Assembly: GCA_052147395.1 (NCBI GenBank)
Contig: JBKQKS010000082.1
Span: forward strand, 640-64,639
Direction of reading: 5' to 3'
DNA length: 64,000 bases
From: Roseiarcus sp.
GTDB taxonomy: Bacteria > Pseudomonadota > Alphaproteobacteria > Rhizobiales > Beijerinckiaceae
The position numbers and the translations under genes are program-made. Under the pieces are notes generated by a model. It saw only the letters and a list, made by a program, of their open reading frames with translations. It did no database searches and was not told the DNA's origin. Shown piece after piece: positions 35,258-44,563 of the stretch. Every line of letters begins with the position of its first letter. The first letter of the stretch is position 1.

Positions 35258-35677
35258 TCAACCGAGAATGGCTTTGTTTGCATCGAAAAGCCCGAGCTGG
35301 CCCCTCGCAGGAACGAATGCGCACGGCTCGGGATCGCGTAGCGCCAGCCCCATCCCCCCTCGGGCGAACCAAGGCGACCGGCTCTTGTTCACGATGTCCA
35401 CTACCTGGACGCTGCCAATGAAGCCCCCCAACTCCAACTCCTCCTTAGGAGGGCAGGACACGCCCAGCTTTGCCATGAACTCCGCCGCCCATTCATAGTC
35501 CACGCGTGTCATCGACTTTCCTGCGTGGATATAAATCCTGTGGCCGAGCGCGCGCCCTTTCATAGTGGCGGCGGCTTGTTCTGACCGGTTTTCGACATCT
35601 TTTCCGCCGTGGATGATCGCCCACGCCCAAGGCTGGCGCACCGAAATCGCATATTCGATTTCCGAGGTCCCGCGCAT
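35258..35677 (-). CDS. ASCH-domain protein
   Basis: 'ISVRQPWAWAIIHGGKDVENR' is a typical ASCH N-terminal block. 139 aa from the internal ATG at 35677 of listed ORF 35258..36406. Confidence 0.7.
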   Translation of the reverse strand: MRGTSEIEYAISVRQPWAWAIIHGGKDVENRSEQAAATMKGRALGHRIYIHAGKSMTRVDYEWAAEFMAKLGVSCPPKEELELGGFIGSVQVVDIVNKSRSPWFARGGMGLALRDPEPCAFVPARGQLGLFDANKAILG

Positions 35678-35709
35678 CGCGCGTCCGCTCCGGTTGGCGT
35701 CGTTCGGAC

Positions 35710-37215
35710 CTAGCGATAGTCGATCCAGATCGTCTTCAAGTCCATGTATTTGTCGATCGCATGGGGCGAGCGGTCGCGGCCGAAGCCGGATTGCTTGAAG
35801 CCGCCGAACGGCGTGGACAGCGACGAGCGGTCGAAGGTGTTGACCCACACGGTTCCGGCGCGGATCGCGCGGCTGAGACGATGCGCGGCGCGCATGTCTC
35901 TGGTCCATACCGCTGCGGCGAGACCGTAGATCGTGTCGTTGGCGAGTCTTATCGCCTCGGCCTCGGTCTCGAACGGAACGACGACGACGACGGGGCCGAA
36001 AATCTCTTCCTGGGCGACGCGCATGTCGTTGCTGACGTCGTCGAGGATCGTCGGCTCGACGTAATAGCCGCCGGTCTCTTCCATCGCGCGCTTGCCGCCG
36101 AGGGCGACGCGCGCGCCCTCCTTTACGCCGAGCTCGATGAACCCAAGCACGCGCTCCATCTGCCGCTGGTCGATCATGGCGCCGAGCTGCGCGTTGGGAT
36201 CGAAGGGATGGCCGAGCGGGATCTCGGCGCGCTGAACCTCGGCGATCTTGGCGACCAGCGCGGCGCGGATGGAAGCGTGCGCGAGCACGCGGGAGCCGGC
36301 GTGGCAGGTCTCGCCCTGATTGTAGTAGATGCCCCAGGCGATCCCCTCCGCCGCGGCCTCGAGGTCGGCGTCGGGCATCACCACATGCGGGCTTTTTCCT
36401 CCGCATTCCAGCGCGACGCGCTTCATGTTGCTGCTGCCCGCGTAAGTCATCATCAGCTTGCCGACTTCGGTTGAGCCGGTGAAGGCGATCATATCGACGT
36501 CCATGTGCTCGGCGAGCGGCTTGCCGGTTTTTTCGCCGAAGCCGGGCACGACATTGAACACGCCGTCGGGAATGCCGGCCGCTTTCGCGAGCTTGCCGAG
36601 ATAGAGCGAGCCCAGCGGCGATTGTTCGGCGGGCTTGAGGATCACCGAATTGCCGGCGACCAGCGCCGGGCCGATCTTCCAGGCGGCGATGATGAGCGGA
36701 TAGTTCCAGGGCACGACGGCGCCGATGACGCCGAGCGGCTCCTTCCTCACCAACGCGAGCTCGTTCGGCCCGGGGGTCGGCGCGATCTCGTCGTAGAGCT
36801 TGTCGGCGAGCTCGGCGTAGTACTGGATGCAGTTGGCCGAGAGCGGAACGTCGACCGCGATCGAGTTCGCGATCGGCTTACCGACGTCGAGCGTCTCGAG
36901 CAGCGCGATGTCGTCATTGTGCTCTCGGATCAGCTCGGCAAAGCGCAGCAGAACCTTTTTCTTGGTCTGCGGATCGGCGTCGCGCCAGACGCCCGATTCG
37001 AAGCTCCGCCGCGCCGCGGCGACCGCGCGGTCGATGTCGGCGGCGGCGCAATCGGCGACTTCCGCTATCGCCAGCCCGTCGATCGGCGAGATCTTGGAAA
37101 ACGTCTTGCCCGAGAGGGCGGGAACATAGGCGCCGTCGATGAACGCGCGTCCCTCCGGTTTCAAGTCGGCGGCGCGGGCGAGCCAGGCGGCGCGGGAATT
37201 GGGGCGGTCGAGCAT
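35710..37215 (-). CDS. NAD(P)+-dependent aldehyde dehydrogenase (PuuC/AldH-like)
   Basis: 'VVPWNYPL', 'FTGSTEVGK', 'LECGGKSP' (catalytic Cys) and 'EEIFGPV'. 501 aa from the ATG at 37215 (listed ORF extends to 37869). Confidence 0.9.
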   Translation of the reverse strand: MLDRPNSRAAWLARAADLKPEGRAFIDGAYVPALSGKTFSKISPIDGLAIAEVADCAAADIDRAVAAARRSFESGVWRDADPQTKKKVLLRFAELIREHNDDIALLETLDVGKPIANSIAVDVPLSANCIQYYAELADKLYDEIAPTPGPNELALVRKEPLGVIGAVVPWNYPLIIAAWKIGPALVAGNSVILKPAEQSPLGSLYLGKLAKAAGIPDGVFNVVPGFGEKTGKPLAEHMDVDMIAFTGSTEVGKLMMTYAGSSNMKRVALECGGKSPHVVMPDADLEAAAEGIAWGIYYNQGETCHAGSRVLAHASIRAALVAKIAEVQRAEIPLGHPFDPNAQLGAMIDQRQMERVLGFIELGVKEGARVALGGKRAMEETGGYYVEPTILDDVSNDMRVAQEEIFGPVVVVVPFETEAEAIRLANDTIYGLAAAVWTRDMRAAHRLSRAIRAGTVWVNTFDRSSLSTPFGGFKQSGFGRDRSPHAIDKYMDLKTIWIDYR

Positions 37216-37437
37216 GAACAACCTCTCGAGGAGACCGAGATCCCGCTTGGGGCGTCCAGGGCCGAACGCGCGGGGATTCGCCGGGCAGTGTCGACGACCG
37301 GGGCTTTCGGGGAAACGCAATTTTGGAGATATGCCAATGCCTTCCGGGCATGGGCGGCGTCCCTTGCGGTCGCCCGAAGCCGGCGTTAACATCCGCGCGC
37401 GCGACTTTCCCCCGAAAGCCACGGTTCGAAGGCGCTG

Positions 37438-38100
37438 ATGCTGATCGTTCACCACCTCGACAATTCGCGGTCGCAGCGTGTGCTGTGGCTGCTGGAAGAG
37501 CTCGCGCTGCCCTATGAGCTCGAGTTTTACCGGCGCGATCCTAAAACGATGCTCGCCCCGCCCGAGCTCAAGCGGGTGCATCCGCTCGGCAAGTCGCCCG
37601 TCGTCACCGACGGCGATGCGACCCTCGCGGAGACTGGCGCGATCGTGGAATATCTCGTCGACAAGGCCGGCGGCCGGCTGCGGCCGCCCGAGGGGTCGCC
37701 CGAGCGGCTGCGTTGGACCTATTGGCTGCATTACGCCGAGGGTTCGGCGATGCCGCCCTTGTTGCTGCAACTGGTGTTTTCTATGCTCCCGTCGCGTTCG
37801 CCCGCGCTGGTGCGACCGATCGTGAGCGCCATCGCGGCGCGGACAATCGGCAGCTTCGTCGCCCCGCAACTCGCGACTCAGTTCGATTTCCTCGAGAGCG
37901 AACTGACGAAATCCAAATGGTTCGCCGGCGAAGAGTTCTCAGCCGCCGACGTGATGATGAGCTTTCCGCTCGAGGCTGGAGGCGCCCGCGCCAACGCCTA
38001 TCGAGGCCGTCCGCGGTTGAAGGCGTTCGTGGAAGGGTGCCATGCGCGCCCCGCCTACCAGCGGGCGCTGGAAAAGGGCGGGCCCTACGCTTACGCTTGA
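37438..38100 (+). CDS. glutathione S-transferase
   Basis: 'SRSQRVLWLLEELALPYE...HPLGKSPVV'. 220 aa. Confidence 0.85.
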   Translation: MLIVHHLDNSRSQRVLWLLEELALPYELEFYRRDPKTMLAPPELKRVHPLGKSPVVTDGDATLAETGAIVEYLVDKAGGRLRPPEGSPERLRWTYWLHYAEGSAMPPLLLQLVFSMLPSRSPALVRPIVSAIAARTIGSFVAPQLATQFDFLESELTKSKWFAGEEFSAADVMMSFPLEAGGARANAYRGRPRLKAFVEGCHARPAYQRALEKGGPYAYA

Positions 38101-38483
38101 AGTGAGGCCGGGCCGCCTTTCCCTCGCGCCGCGTCCGGGATAAGGGAGGGCCGACTTTCCACGCCCAGACCGGATTTTCCAAATGGCCGGATGCGTTACG
38201 GGCATGTACAGGCCGGGCGATCGGGCGCGGCGGCGCGGCTTGGAGGAGGAGGCGGGGCGAAAACGCGGGGTCGCGGTCTCGATCGACAGGTTGGGACGGG
38301 AAGCGGCCGTGTCGCATGTGCGCGGGATCGGAAAGCGGGATTTTCTGCTATCGGAAATGCATGGTACTCTAGTTTGCGGACGCGACTTGGTGCTGCTTGC
38401 CACTGCCTTTGAGTGAACGGAGCTTGCGATCCAGCGGTTGGCGCAACAAGATAACGGCTCCGTGGCGGTTAGAAAGTCAATGA

Positions 38484-39614
38484 ATGGCAATGCACACGAA
38501 CGAACAAAAGCCCGTCGATTCCGTCGAGGAGCCCGAGGGTGCTGGAGATGCTGGCGGCGACGGTTGGGGGGACTACCCGCTCGACGCAGTATTCGTGCGC
38601 ACCGAGCAACGCACGGTTGGCGAGGTTGTGAACCGTATTGCAAAGGGTCGGTACATCCTGGACCCCGATTTCCAACGTGACTTTGTTTGGGAAACCGAGA
38701 AGCAATCCAAGCTCATCGAGAGCTGCGTTATGCGTATCCCGCTTCCGGTCTTCTACGTGGCCGAGGCGCCTGACGGACGTATCATCGTCGTCGATGGCTT
38801 GCAGCGCCTAACGACATTCGCCCGTTTCCTCGGCGGCCAACTAAAGCTGACCGGGTTGGTCAGCGAGGGAAACACCAAATCGCATGAATTGCAGGGTAAG
38901 ACCTACGAGCAACTGCCGATAAATCTGCAGGAGCGGGTGGCCGATACGCAGCTCACCATGTATATCCTCGACGCGAAGGCACCCGAGCGCGCGCGGCTCG
39001 ATATTTTCGAGCGCGTGAACAGCGGGGCGCGCCTGACGCGCCAGCAGATGCGGAACGCACTCTATAACGGGCCTGCGACTCAATGGCTCAAATCGGCGGC
39101 AGAGGGATCGGCATTCCGGACGGCCACCGCAGGATCGCTAGACAGCAAGAGCATGCGAGACCGGGAAGCCATCAATCGATTTGCTGCCTTCTCGTTAATC
39201 GGATGGCGCGACTATACAACAGGCGACATGGACGAGTTCTTAGCCAAGGGACTTAAGATCCTAGCGCGGTGCGCCGAGTCCGAGCGGCTCGATCTTCGGC
39301 GCAAGTTCGATGCCGCCATGATGCTTAATCACCGAATGTTCCAGCAACACGCTTTTCGCAAATCATTGGCGTCTGACTACTCCGGGGTTGCCCGCAGCGT
39401 GATTAACATCTCGCTTTTCGAGGTGAGTGCAGCTGTGTTCGCGCGATTCGCCGAAAAGTTCGATCCTGCAGGCGACGCCGCTCTTCATAAGATTATGGTT
39501 GATCTCGTGAGGGACGATGCGTTCGCTAAGTCTATTACTTACTCTACCAATAGTACCCAGGCCGTACGTCATCGGTTCGGAAGGCTAGAGGCAGCGCTGG
39601 AGGAACTCGTTTGA
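38484..39614 (+). CDS. DUF262 (ParB/Srx-fold, GmrSD-N-terminal-like) protein; no DUF1524/HNH nuclease tail recognised
   Basis: 'LDPDFQRDFVWE' and 'VVDGLQRLTTFARFL' are the two hallmark DUF262 blocks. 376 aa. Codon usage has lower GC. Confidence 0.8.
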   Translation: MAMHTNEQKPVDSVEEPEGAGDAGGDGWGDYPLDAVFVRTEQRTVGEVVNRIAKGRYILDPDFQRDFVWETEKQSKLIESCVMRIPLPVFYVAEAPDGRIIVVDGLQRLTTFARFLGGQLKLTGLVSEGNTKSHELQGKTYEQLPINLQERVADTQLTMYILDAKAPERARLDIFERVNSGARLTRQQMRNALYNGPATQWLKSAAEGSAFRTATAGSLDSKSMRDREAINRFAAFSLIGWRDYTTGDMDEFLAKGLKILARCAESERLDLRRKFDAAMMLNHRMFQQHAFRKSLASDYSGVARSVINISLFEVSAAVFARFAEKFDPAGDAALHKIMVDLVRDDAFAKSITYSTNSTQAVRHRFGRLEAALEELV

Positions 39615-40726
39615 GCGACTCGATCCTGAAGGCACTCCAGATTGAGGATTTCAAGTGCTTCGAATTGTTGCGTGTTCCGTTTGCGTTGTTAACGGTGTTG
39701 AGCGGCTATAACGGCGCGGGCAAATCGACCGCCCTTCAGCCGTTACTTCTGCTAGCGCAGGCTGCGCGACGACGGACCTGGACCTACGATACGCCGACGG
39801 GCGATTTGCCATTGAACGGCGAGATCGTTCGCCTTGGTTCGGCAGGTGATGTCATTCGCGCGCAGTCGGCAACCGCTACCGCGCGTTTCGAGATTTTCGG
39901 TCATGAAAGGTCGCTCAGGTTGAGCGCAACCGCCAAAACCGGGGCCCGAAGTCTGAGCGCGACAAAGCACGAGGGTAATAGCAACTGGCCCGAACTCTTC
40001 AAGAGCTTTGCTCGCCTTGTCTATTTGAGCGCCGTGCGTGGCGGCCCGGCCGAGGCCTTTCCGACACCCGACCGGGTCAGCGATCAGGTGCCCGATGTGG
40101 GGGCCGAGGGACAATTCGCTAGCTATTGGTATCATGAACGCGCGGACACGGAGATCGATGTTGGACGCCGGTTCCCTGAGGTACCAGGTACTACTTTTCG
40201 CAAGCAAGTAGACGCTTGGCTCAGTCAACTCGCGCCCGGCGCGAGTGCTAATGTGCAGGCACTACCGGTCGCGTCGATGCTGGCGCTACAGTTCCGGCTA
40301 TCGGAGACCGGTGAATGGCGGCGCCCGGCGAATGTCGGTTACGGTTTGACCTATTCATTTCCGATCCTGGTGGCACTGCTGTCCGCGGAGCCCGGCGACA
40401 TAGTCGTAATTGACAGCCCAGAGGCACATCTCCATCCCCAAGCGCAATCGCGCATGGGACGGATGCTCGCCGCTTTTGCTGCGGCGGGCATACAGCTCGT
40501 CATCGAAACGCACAGCGACCATGTTCTCAATGGGATAAGGCTAGCTGTCCGCGACAAGGTGTTGGGCGAGGCGGAACTCAGTTTGTTGTTTTTCGCTGGT
40601 AGCTCGCTGGCGGGGCACGGCGTCACGAGTCCGCGAATAGACGGCGAGGGCCGCATCAACGAATGGCCCGATGGCTTCTTCGATCAGGGGGATAAAGACG
40701 TCGCGCAGCTCGCGGGATGGAACTGA
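39611..40726 (+). CDS. ABC/OLD-type AAA ATPase (AAA_15/21-like) with DUF3696-like C-terminus
   Basis: Walker A 'GYNGAGKST'. Walker B 'IVVIDSPEAHLHP'. H-loop 'ETHSDH'. C-terminal 'INEWPDGFFDQ'. TTG start overlaps the upstream stop (TTGA). Confidence 0.8.
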   Translation: MSDSILKALQIEDFKCFELLRVPFALLTVLSGYNGAGKSTALQPLLLLAQAARRRTWTYDTPTGDLPLNGEIVRLGSAGDVIRAQSATATARFEIFGHERSLRLSATAKTGARSLSATKHEGNSNWPELFKSFARLVYLSAVRGGPAEAFPTPDRVSDQVPDVGAEGQFASYWYHERADTEIDVGRRFPEVPGTTFRKQVDAWLSQLAPGASANVQALPVASMLALQFRLSETGEWRRPANVGYGLTYSFPILVALLSAEPGDIVVIDSPEAHLHPQAQSRMGRMLAAFAAAGIQLVIETHSDHVLNGIRLAVRDKVLGEAELSLLFFAGSSLAGHGVTSPRIDGEGRINEWPDGFFDQGDKDVAQLAGWN

Positions 40727-40727
40727 A

Positions 40728-41690
40728 GTGCGCTGGTATTTAAACGACGCTTCTCTCCAAGGCCAATTTTCCGACCGCACCGAATTCCAAAGTGTGCTCC
40801 GCGGCCTGATTGCCGCACGAGTTCGGATTCCGGCAATTCGTCAGAATTTGCGATCGACGCGTTCGCTGCAGGAATCGATGGTGGCCCCGAGGACAAATGT
40901 GCGAGAAGCCCTATTCGAGATCCGCGACAGGGACTTAAAAGCAGCGACTCTGTCTTGGCTAGATAAGACCGGCCCGTTCGTTGACGATGATCGGCTGGAT
41001 GAGGCGGACGACTATTTCGAATATCGGGACATTGAAATCACCTCGACGGGACTGGGCGAGGCCGCACGCCGGGTGAAGGCCGGAACCGAATGCGCGACCT
41101 TTAGCTTTGTCGGAGGGGCGATAGACTATGCGATCGATCCGCTCGCAGTTGATCATGGACTGCGCGAAGAGCGCTATGGTCGGTACTTAGTGCCCAACCT
41201 TTGGGAGACCGACGCGCTCGTCAGCCATGGGCTAGCAGCAGGGGAGCCGATCCGATCGTGGGCTGCTTTGGTTGAGGGCGCGCGGCACCGCTTTCCCTAC
41301 CTCGAGATCGGTTTGCTTGACTCGCGCCCAGTGCTCGCCCGCGAACCGTTCGAAGCTTCGGTACGGGATCGCGCTCTAGAACTTTTGAAGGTGCTCAATG
41401 ACTACGTAGCGGGTCGAACTGAAGACGGAGCAGAAGGGCCGGCTGCGCAAGCAATTATACAAAGCTATTTCGCTGGTGACAGGGCACTTTTTACCGGAGA
41501 GTCTTCAACGAATCAGAAATACTTCGCTAAGGACATGACGTTTCAGCGGGTATCTGGCGGCAACTATTTCGCGCACTGGCATGGAAAGATCAGTCATCGA
41601 TTCTTTCGGTTACACTTCGAATGGCCTCTGGAAAGGGACCGGAAGAAATTGGAAATTTTCTATCTTGGACCGAAGATCACAAAGAGCTAA
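40728..41690 (+). CDS. hypothetical 320-aa protein, third gene of the DUF262/ATPase operon; no recognisable domain
   Basis: GTG lies 1 nt after the ATPase stop (TGAaGTG). The ATG at 40671 is the alternative and would overlap the upstream gene by 56 nt. Amino-acid composition is normal rather than shadow-like. Confidence 0.65.
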   Translation: MRWYLNDASLQGQFSDRTEFQSVLRGLIAARVRIPAIRQNLRSTRSLQESMVAPRTNVREALFEIRDRDLKAATLSWLDKTGPFVDDDRLDEADDYFEYRDIEITSTGLGEAARRVKAGTECATFSFVGGAIDYAIDPLAVDHGLREERYGRYLVPNLWETDALVSHGLAAGEPIRSWAALVEGARHRFPYLEIGLLDSRPVLAREPFEASVRDRALELLKVLNDYVAGRTEDGAEGPAAQAIIQSYFAGDRALFTGESSTNQKYFAKDMTFQRVSGGNYFAHWHGKISHRFFRLHFEWPLERDRKKLEIFYLGPKITKS

Positions 41691-41871
41691 TCCCCGCGCC
41701 ATGTCCGCTCCGCCTCGCCCCTCCTCCGCTCGCCGCGCAGCCGCAAAGCCTGGCGTCTCGGCCATCGGTCTCCCTCTTCTATGCCGGCGCGAGCAACGTC
41801 GCCCCGCCACCCTTCCCCTGAGCCCCGGTTAGCGCTAAGGGAGCGCGCCTCCCGAAAGCCCGCACGAGACC

Positions 41872-43449
41872 ATGTCCCAAGAAAACCCTGTCGCGCGCCG
41901 GCGCACGTTCGCGATCATCTCGCACCCGGACGCCGGCAAGACCACGCTCACCGAAAAGATCCTGCTGTTCGGCGGCGCGATCCAGCTCGCCGGCGAAGTG
42001 CGCGCCAAGGCGAACCGCCGGCAGACGCGCTCCGACTGGATGGGCATCGAGCGCGAGCGCGGCATCTCGGTCGTCACCTCGGTGATGACCTTCGAATACG
42101 GCGACTGCGTCTTCAACCTGCTCGACACCCCGGGCCACGAGGACTTTTCGGAGGACACCTACCGCACGCTCACCGCCGTCGACTCCGCCGTCATGGTGAT
42201 CGACGCCGCCAAAGGCATCGAGTCGCGCACCCGCAAATTGTTCGAGGTCTGCCGTCTGCGCGACATCCCGATCGTCACCTTCATCAACAAGATGGACCGC
42301 GAGACGCGCGACCCGTTCGATCTCATCGACGAGATCGAGAAGACGCTGGCGCTCGACGCGACGCCGCTCACCTGGGCGATCGGCCGCGCCCGCTCGCTCG
42401 CCGGCGCCTACGACATCCGCCGCAAGACGTTTCGCACCCTCGGCAAGGAGGCCGAGGATACGCCGGCGAGCGGCCCGGACGACCCGGCGATTGCGGAGCT
42501 GTTGCCCGAGTACGAGCGGGCCGGCTACATCGACGAGATGACGCTCGCCGTGGAAGGCAGCAAGCCGTTCGACAAACAGGCGTTCCTCGAAGGCCACATG
42601 ACGCCGGTGTTGTTCGGCTCGGCCTTGAAGGAATTCGGCGTGCGCGACCTCATCGACGCGATGGCCGAGCTGGCGCCGCCGCCGCGCGCGCAAGAGGCGT
42701 CGAGCCGCACGGTGAAGGCGGACGAGCCCAAGATGACCGGCTTCGTGTTCAAGATCCAGGCCAACATGGACCCCAACCACCGCGACCGCATCGCCTTCAT
42801 GCGGGTGTGCTCCGGTATGCTGCGCCGCGGCATGCGGGCGAAGCTGGTGCGCACCGGCAAGTCGGTGACGCTGTCGGCGCCGCAGTTCTTTTTCGCCCAG
42901 GACCGTTCGCTCGCGGAACAGGCCTATGCCGGCGACGTCGTCGGCATCCCCAACCACGGCCTGCTGCGCATCGGCGATACGATGACCGAGGGCGAGGACA
43001 TCGTGTTCCGCGGCGTGCCGAGCTTCGCCCCGGAAATTCTGCGTCGCGTGAAGCTCGCCGATGCGATGAAGGCCAAGAAGCTGCGCGAGGCGTTGCAGCA
43101 GATGGCGGAAGAGGGCGTCGTGCAGGTGTTCGTGCCGCACGACGGCGCCAGCGCGATCGTCGGCGTGGTCGGCGCGCTGCAGCTCGACGTGCTCGCCGAG
43201 CGGCTGGAGTCCGAATACGGCCTTCCCGTTTCGTTCGAGCCGAGCCGCTTCGAGGTCTGCCGCTGGGTGACGTCGAGCGAGAAGACGGAACTGGAGAAAT
43301 TCGTCGCCGCTTATCCCTCGTCGATCGCCGCCGACCTCGACGGCGCGCCGGTGTTCATGGCGACCTCGGCCTTCAACCTGCGTTACGAACAGGAGCGCTG
43401 GCCGAAGGTCGTCTTCGCCGACGTCAAGGACTATCAGAAGGCGGCGTGA
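41872..43449 (+). CDS. prfC: peptide chain release factor 3
   Basis: 'RRTFAIISHPDAGKTTLTEKILLFGGAIQLAG' and 'DTPGHEDF'. 525 aa. Confidence 0.95.
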   Translation: MSQENPVARRRTFAIISHPDAGKTTLTEKILLFGGAIQLAGEVRAKANRRQTRSDWMGIERERGISVVTSVMTFEYGDCVFNLLDTPGHEDFSEDTYRTLTAVDSAVMVIDAAKGIESRTRKLFEVCRLRDIPIVTFINKMDRETRDPFDLIDEIEKTLALDATPLTWAIGRARSLAGAYDIRRKTFRTLGKEAEDTPASGPDDPAIAELLPEYERAGYIDEMTLAVEGSKPFDKQAFLEGHMTPVLFGSALKEFGVRDLIDAMAELAPPPRAQEASSRTVKADEPKMTGFVFKIQANMDPNHRDRIAFMRVCSGMLRRGMRAKLVRTGKSVTLSAPQFFFAQDRSLAEQAYAGDVVGIPNHGLLRIGDTMTEGEDIVFRGVPSFAPEILRRVKLADAMKAKKLREALQQMAEEGVVQVFVPHDGASAIVGVVGALQLDVLAERLESEYGLPVSFEPSRFEVCRWVTSSEKTELEKFVAAYPSSIAADLDGAPVFMATSAFNLRYEQERWPKVVFADVKDYQKAA

Positions 43450-43459
43450 GCCGCCATCC

Positions 43460-44182
43460 TCATCGTGCGCCCGCTCTCGCGCCGAACGTCGCCAGAAGCC
43501 CGGGCAAACTCGAAATATCCTCGACGACATGATCGGCGTGCGGCTCGAGAGTCGCGCGGTCGACCGGGCCGGAGAGCACTGCGATCGCCACGGCCCCCGC
43601 CGCCCGCGCGGCGTCGAGATCGTGCAGGGTGTCGCCCACCATGACGATTTCCTCGGGCGCGCAGTGGATGCTGGCGGCAAAAGCCTGGACCATGCCGGGC
43701 GCCGGTTTCGAGCCGTGGCCGCTGTCGTAGCCGGCGACGAACTCGACCGCGTCGGCGAGACCGAGCGCGCCAATTTGCCGGCGCGCGCTCGCTTCGGAAT
43801 CGTTGGTTGCGACCCCGATCCTGAGACCGAGCGCGCGCAATTCGGCGATCACTTGCGCCGGCGCGCCGATCGGCGTCAGCGAGCGCAGCGACTCGACAGC
43901 GGTCAGCGCGTCGATTTCCGCCTTCAACACTGCGTAATCGGTGCGCTGCAAGGCTTCAGCCCACAGCCGTCCGTAATGGCCGGTCGAGCCGGCGATGATC
44001 GGCGAAGTGGGAAGGAAGCTCTGGGTCTCCACCGAGAATTGCAGCACGGCGGCCTGCGCGGCGAGCTTCCCGCTGTCGCCGGCGGCCAGCGCGGCGATGA
44101 CCGCGCCGACCGCAGGCCCCCAGGTCTTCTCGAACGAGACGAGGGTCCCATCCTTGTCGAACAGCACGCCCTTCAGAGTCAT
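43460..44182 (-). CDS. HAD-superfamily hydrolase (phosphoglycolate-phosphatase-like)
   Basis: 'VLFDKDGTLV' motif I and 'VGDTLHDLDAA' motif IV. 240 aa. Confidence 0.85.
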   Translation of the reverse strand: MTLKGVLFDKDGTLVSFEKTWGPAVGAVIAALAAGDSGKLAAQAAVLQFSVETQSFLPTSPIIAGSTGHYGRLWAEALQRTDYAVLKAEIDALTAVESLRSLTPIGAPAQVIAELRALGLRIGVATNDSEASARRQIGALGLADAVEFVAGYDSGHGSKPAPGMVQAFAASIHCAPEEIVMVGDTLHDLDAARAAGAVAIAVLSGPVDRATLEPHADHVVEDISSLPGLLATFGARAGAR

Positions 44183-44320
44183 CGCCGAGGCCTCTCGCGG
44201 GGCGAACCGGCTGCCGCCGCGGGGCGCCGTTAGGTCGTCTTTAACTCAATTCCCTCAACTTGTAGCGACCGGAATTCTCCGGAGCCTGGTCTTACATCTC
44301 TGCACGAGAGAATCCGCGTC

Positions 44321-44530
44321 ATGCGTAACGAAACGGTCGCGAACGTTCCCACCCTCGAGGTCTCCGCCGGCCATAGCCGCCTGCTGTCGCGCATCTATCG
44401 CGACATCGGCCTCGCCGCCGTCGCCATCGAGCTCGATCTGCTCGAAGACGATCTGGGCGAGGAGATGGAGGACGCGATCGAGCGCGGCGCCCGCTCCATG
44501 GCCCCGCGGCAGTTGCCTTTGGCCTCCTGA
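44321..44530 (+). CDS. hypothetical acidic 69-aa protein
   Basis: Very high GC3 when read by eye. A strong hairpin terminator follows. Confidence 0.45.
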   Translation: MRNETVANVPTLEVSAGHSRLLSRIYRDIGLAAVAIELDLLEDDLGEEMEDAIERGARSMAPRQLPLAS

Positions 44531-44563
44531 GGCACGCCGCCGACGCGCACGGCGCAAACAAAA

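Noticed and set aside
35710-37869. 719-aa version of the aldehyde dehydrogenase ORF
   Set aside because: The first 218 residues are shadow-like and overlap the GST promoter region. The ALDH family N-terminus begins at the ATG at 37215.
38121-38137. Possible target-site duplication flanking the DUF262 islet ('ccctcgcgccgcgtccg' at 38121 versus 'ccccgcgccatgtccg' at 41692)
   Set aside because: The match is short, imperfect and GC-rich, so it is expected by chance in this genome. No integrase or att-like tRNA is nearby.
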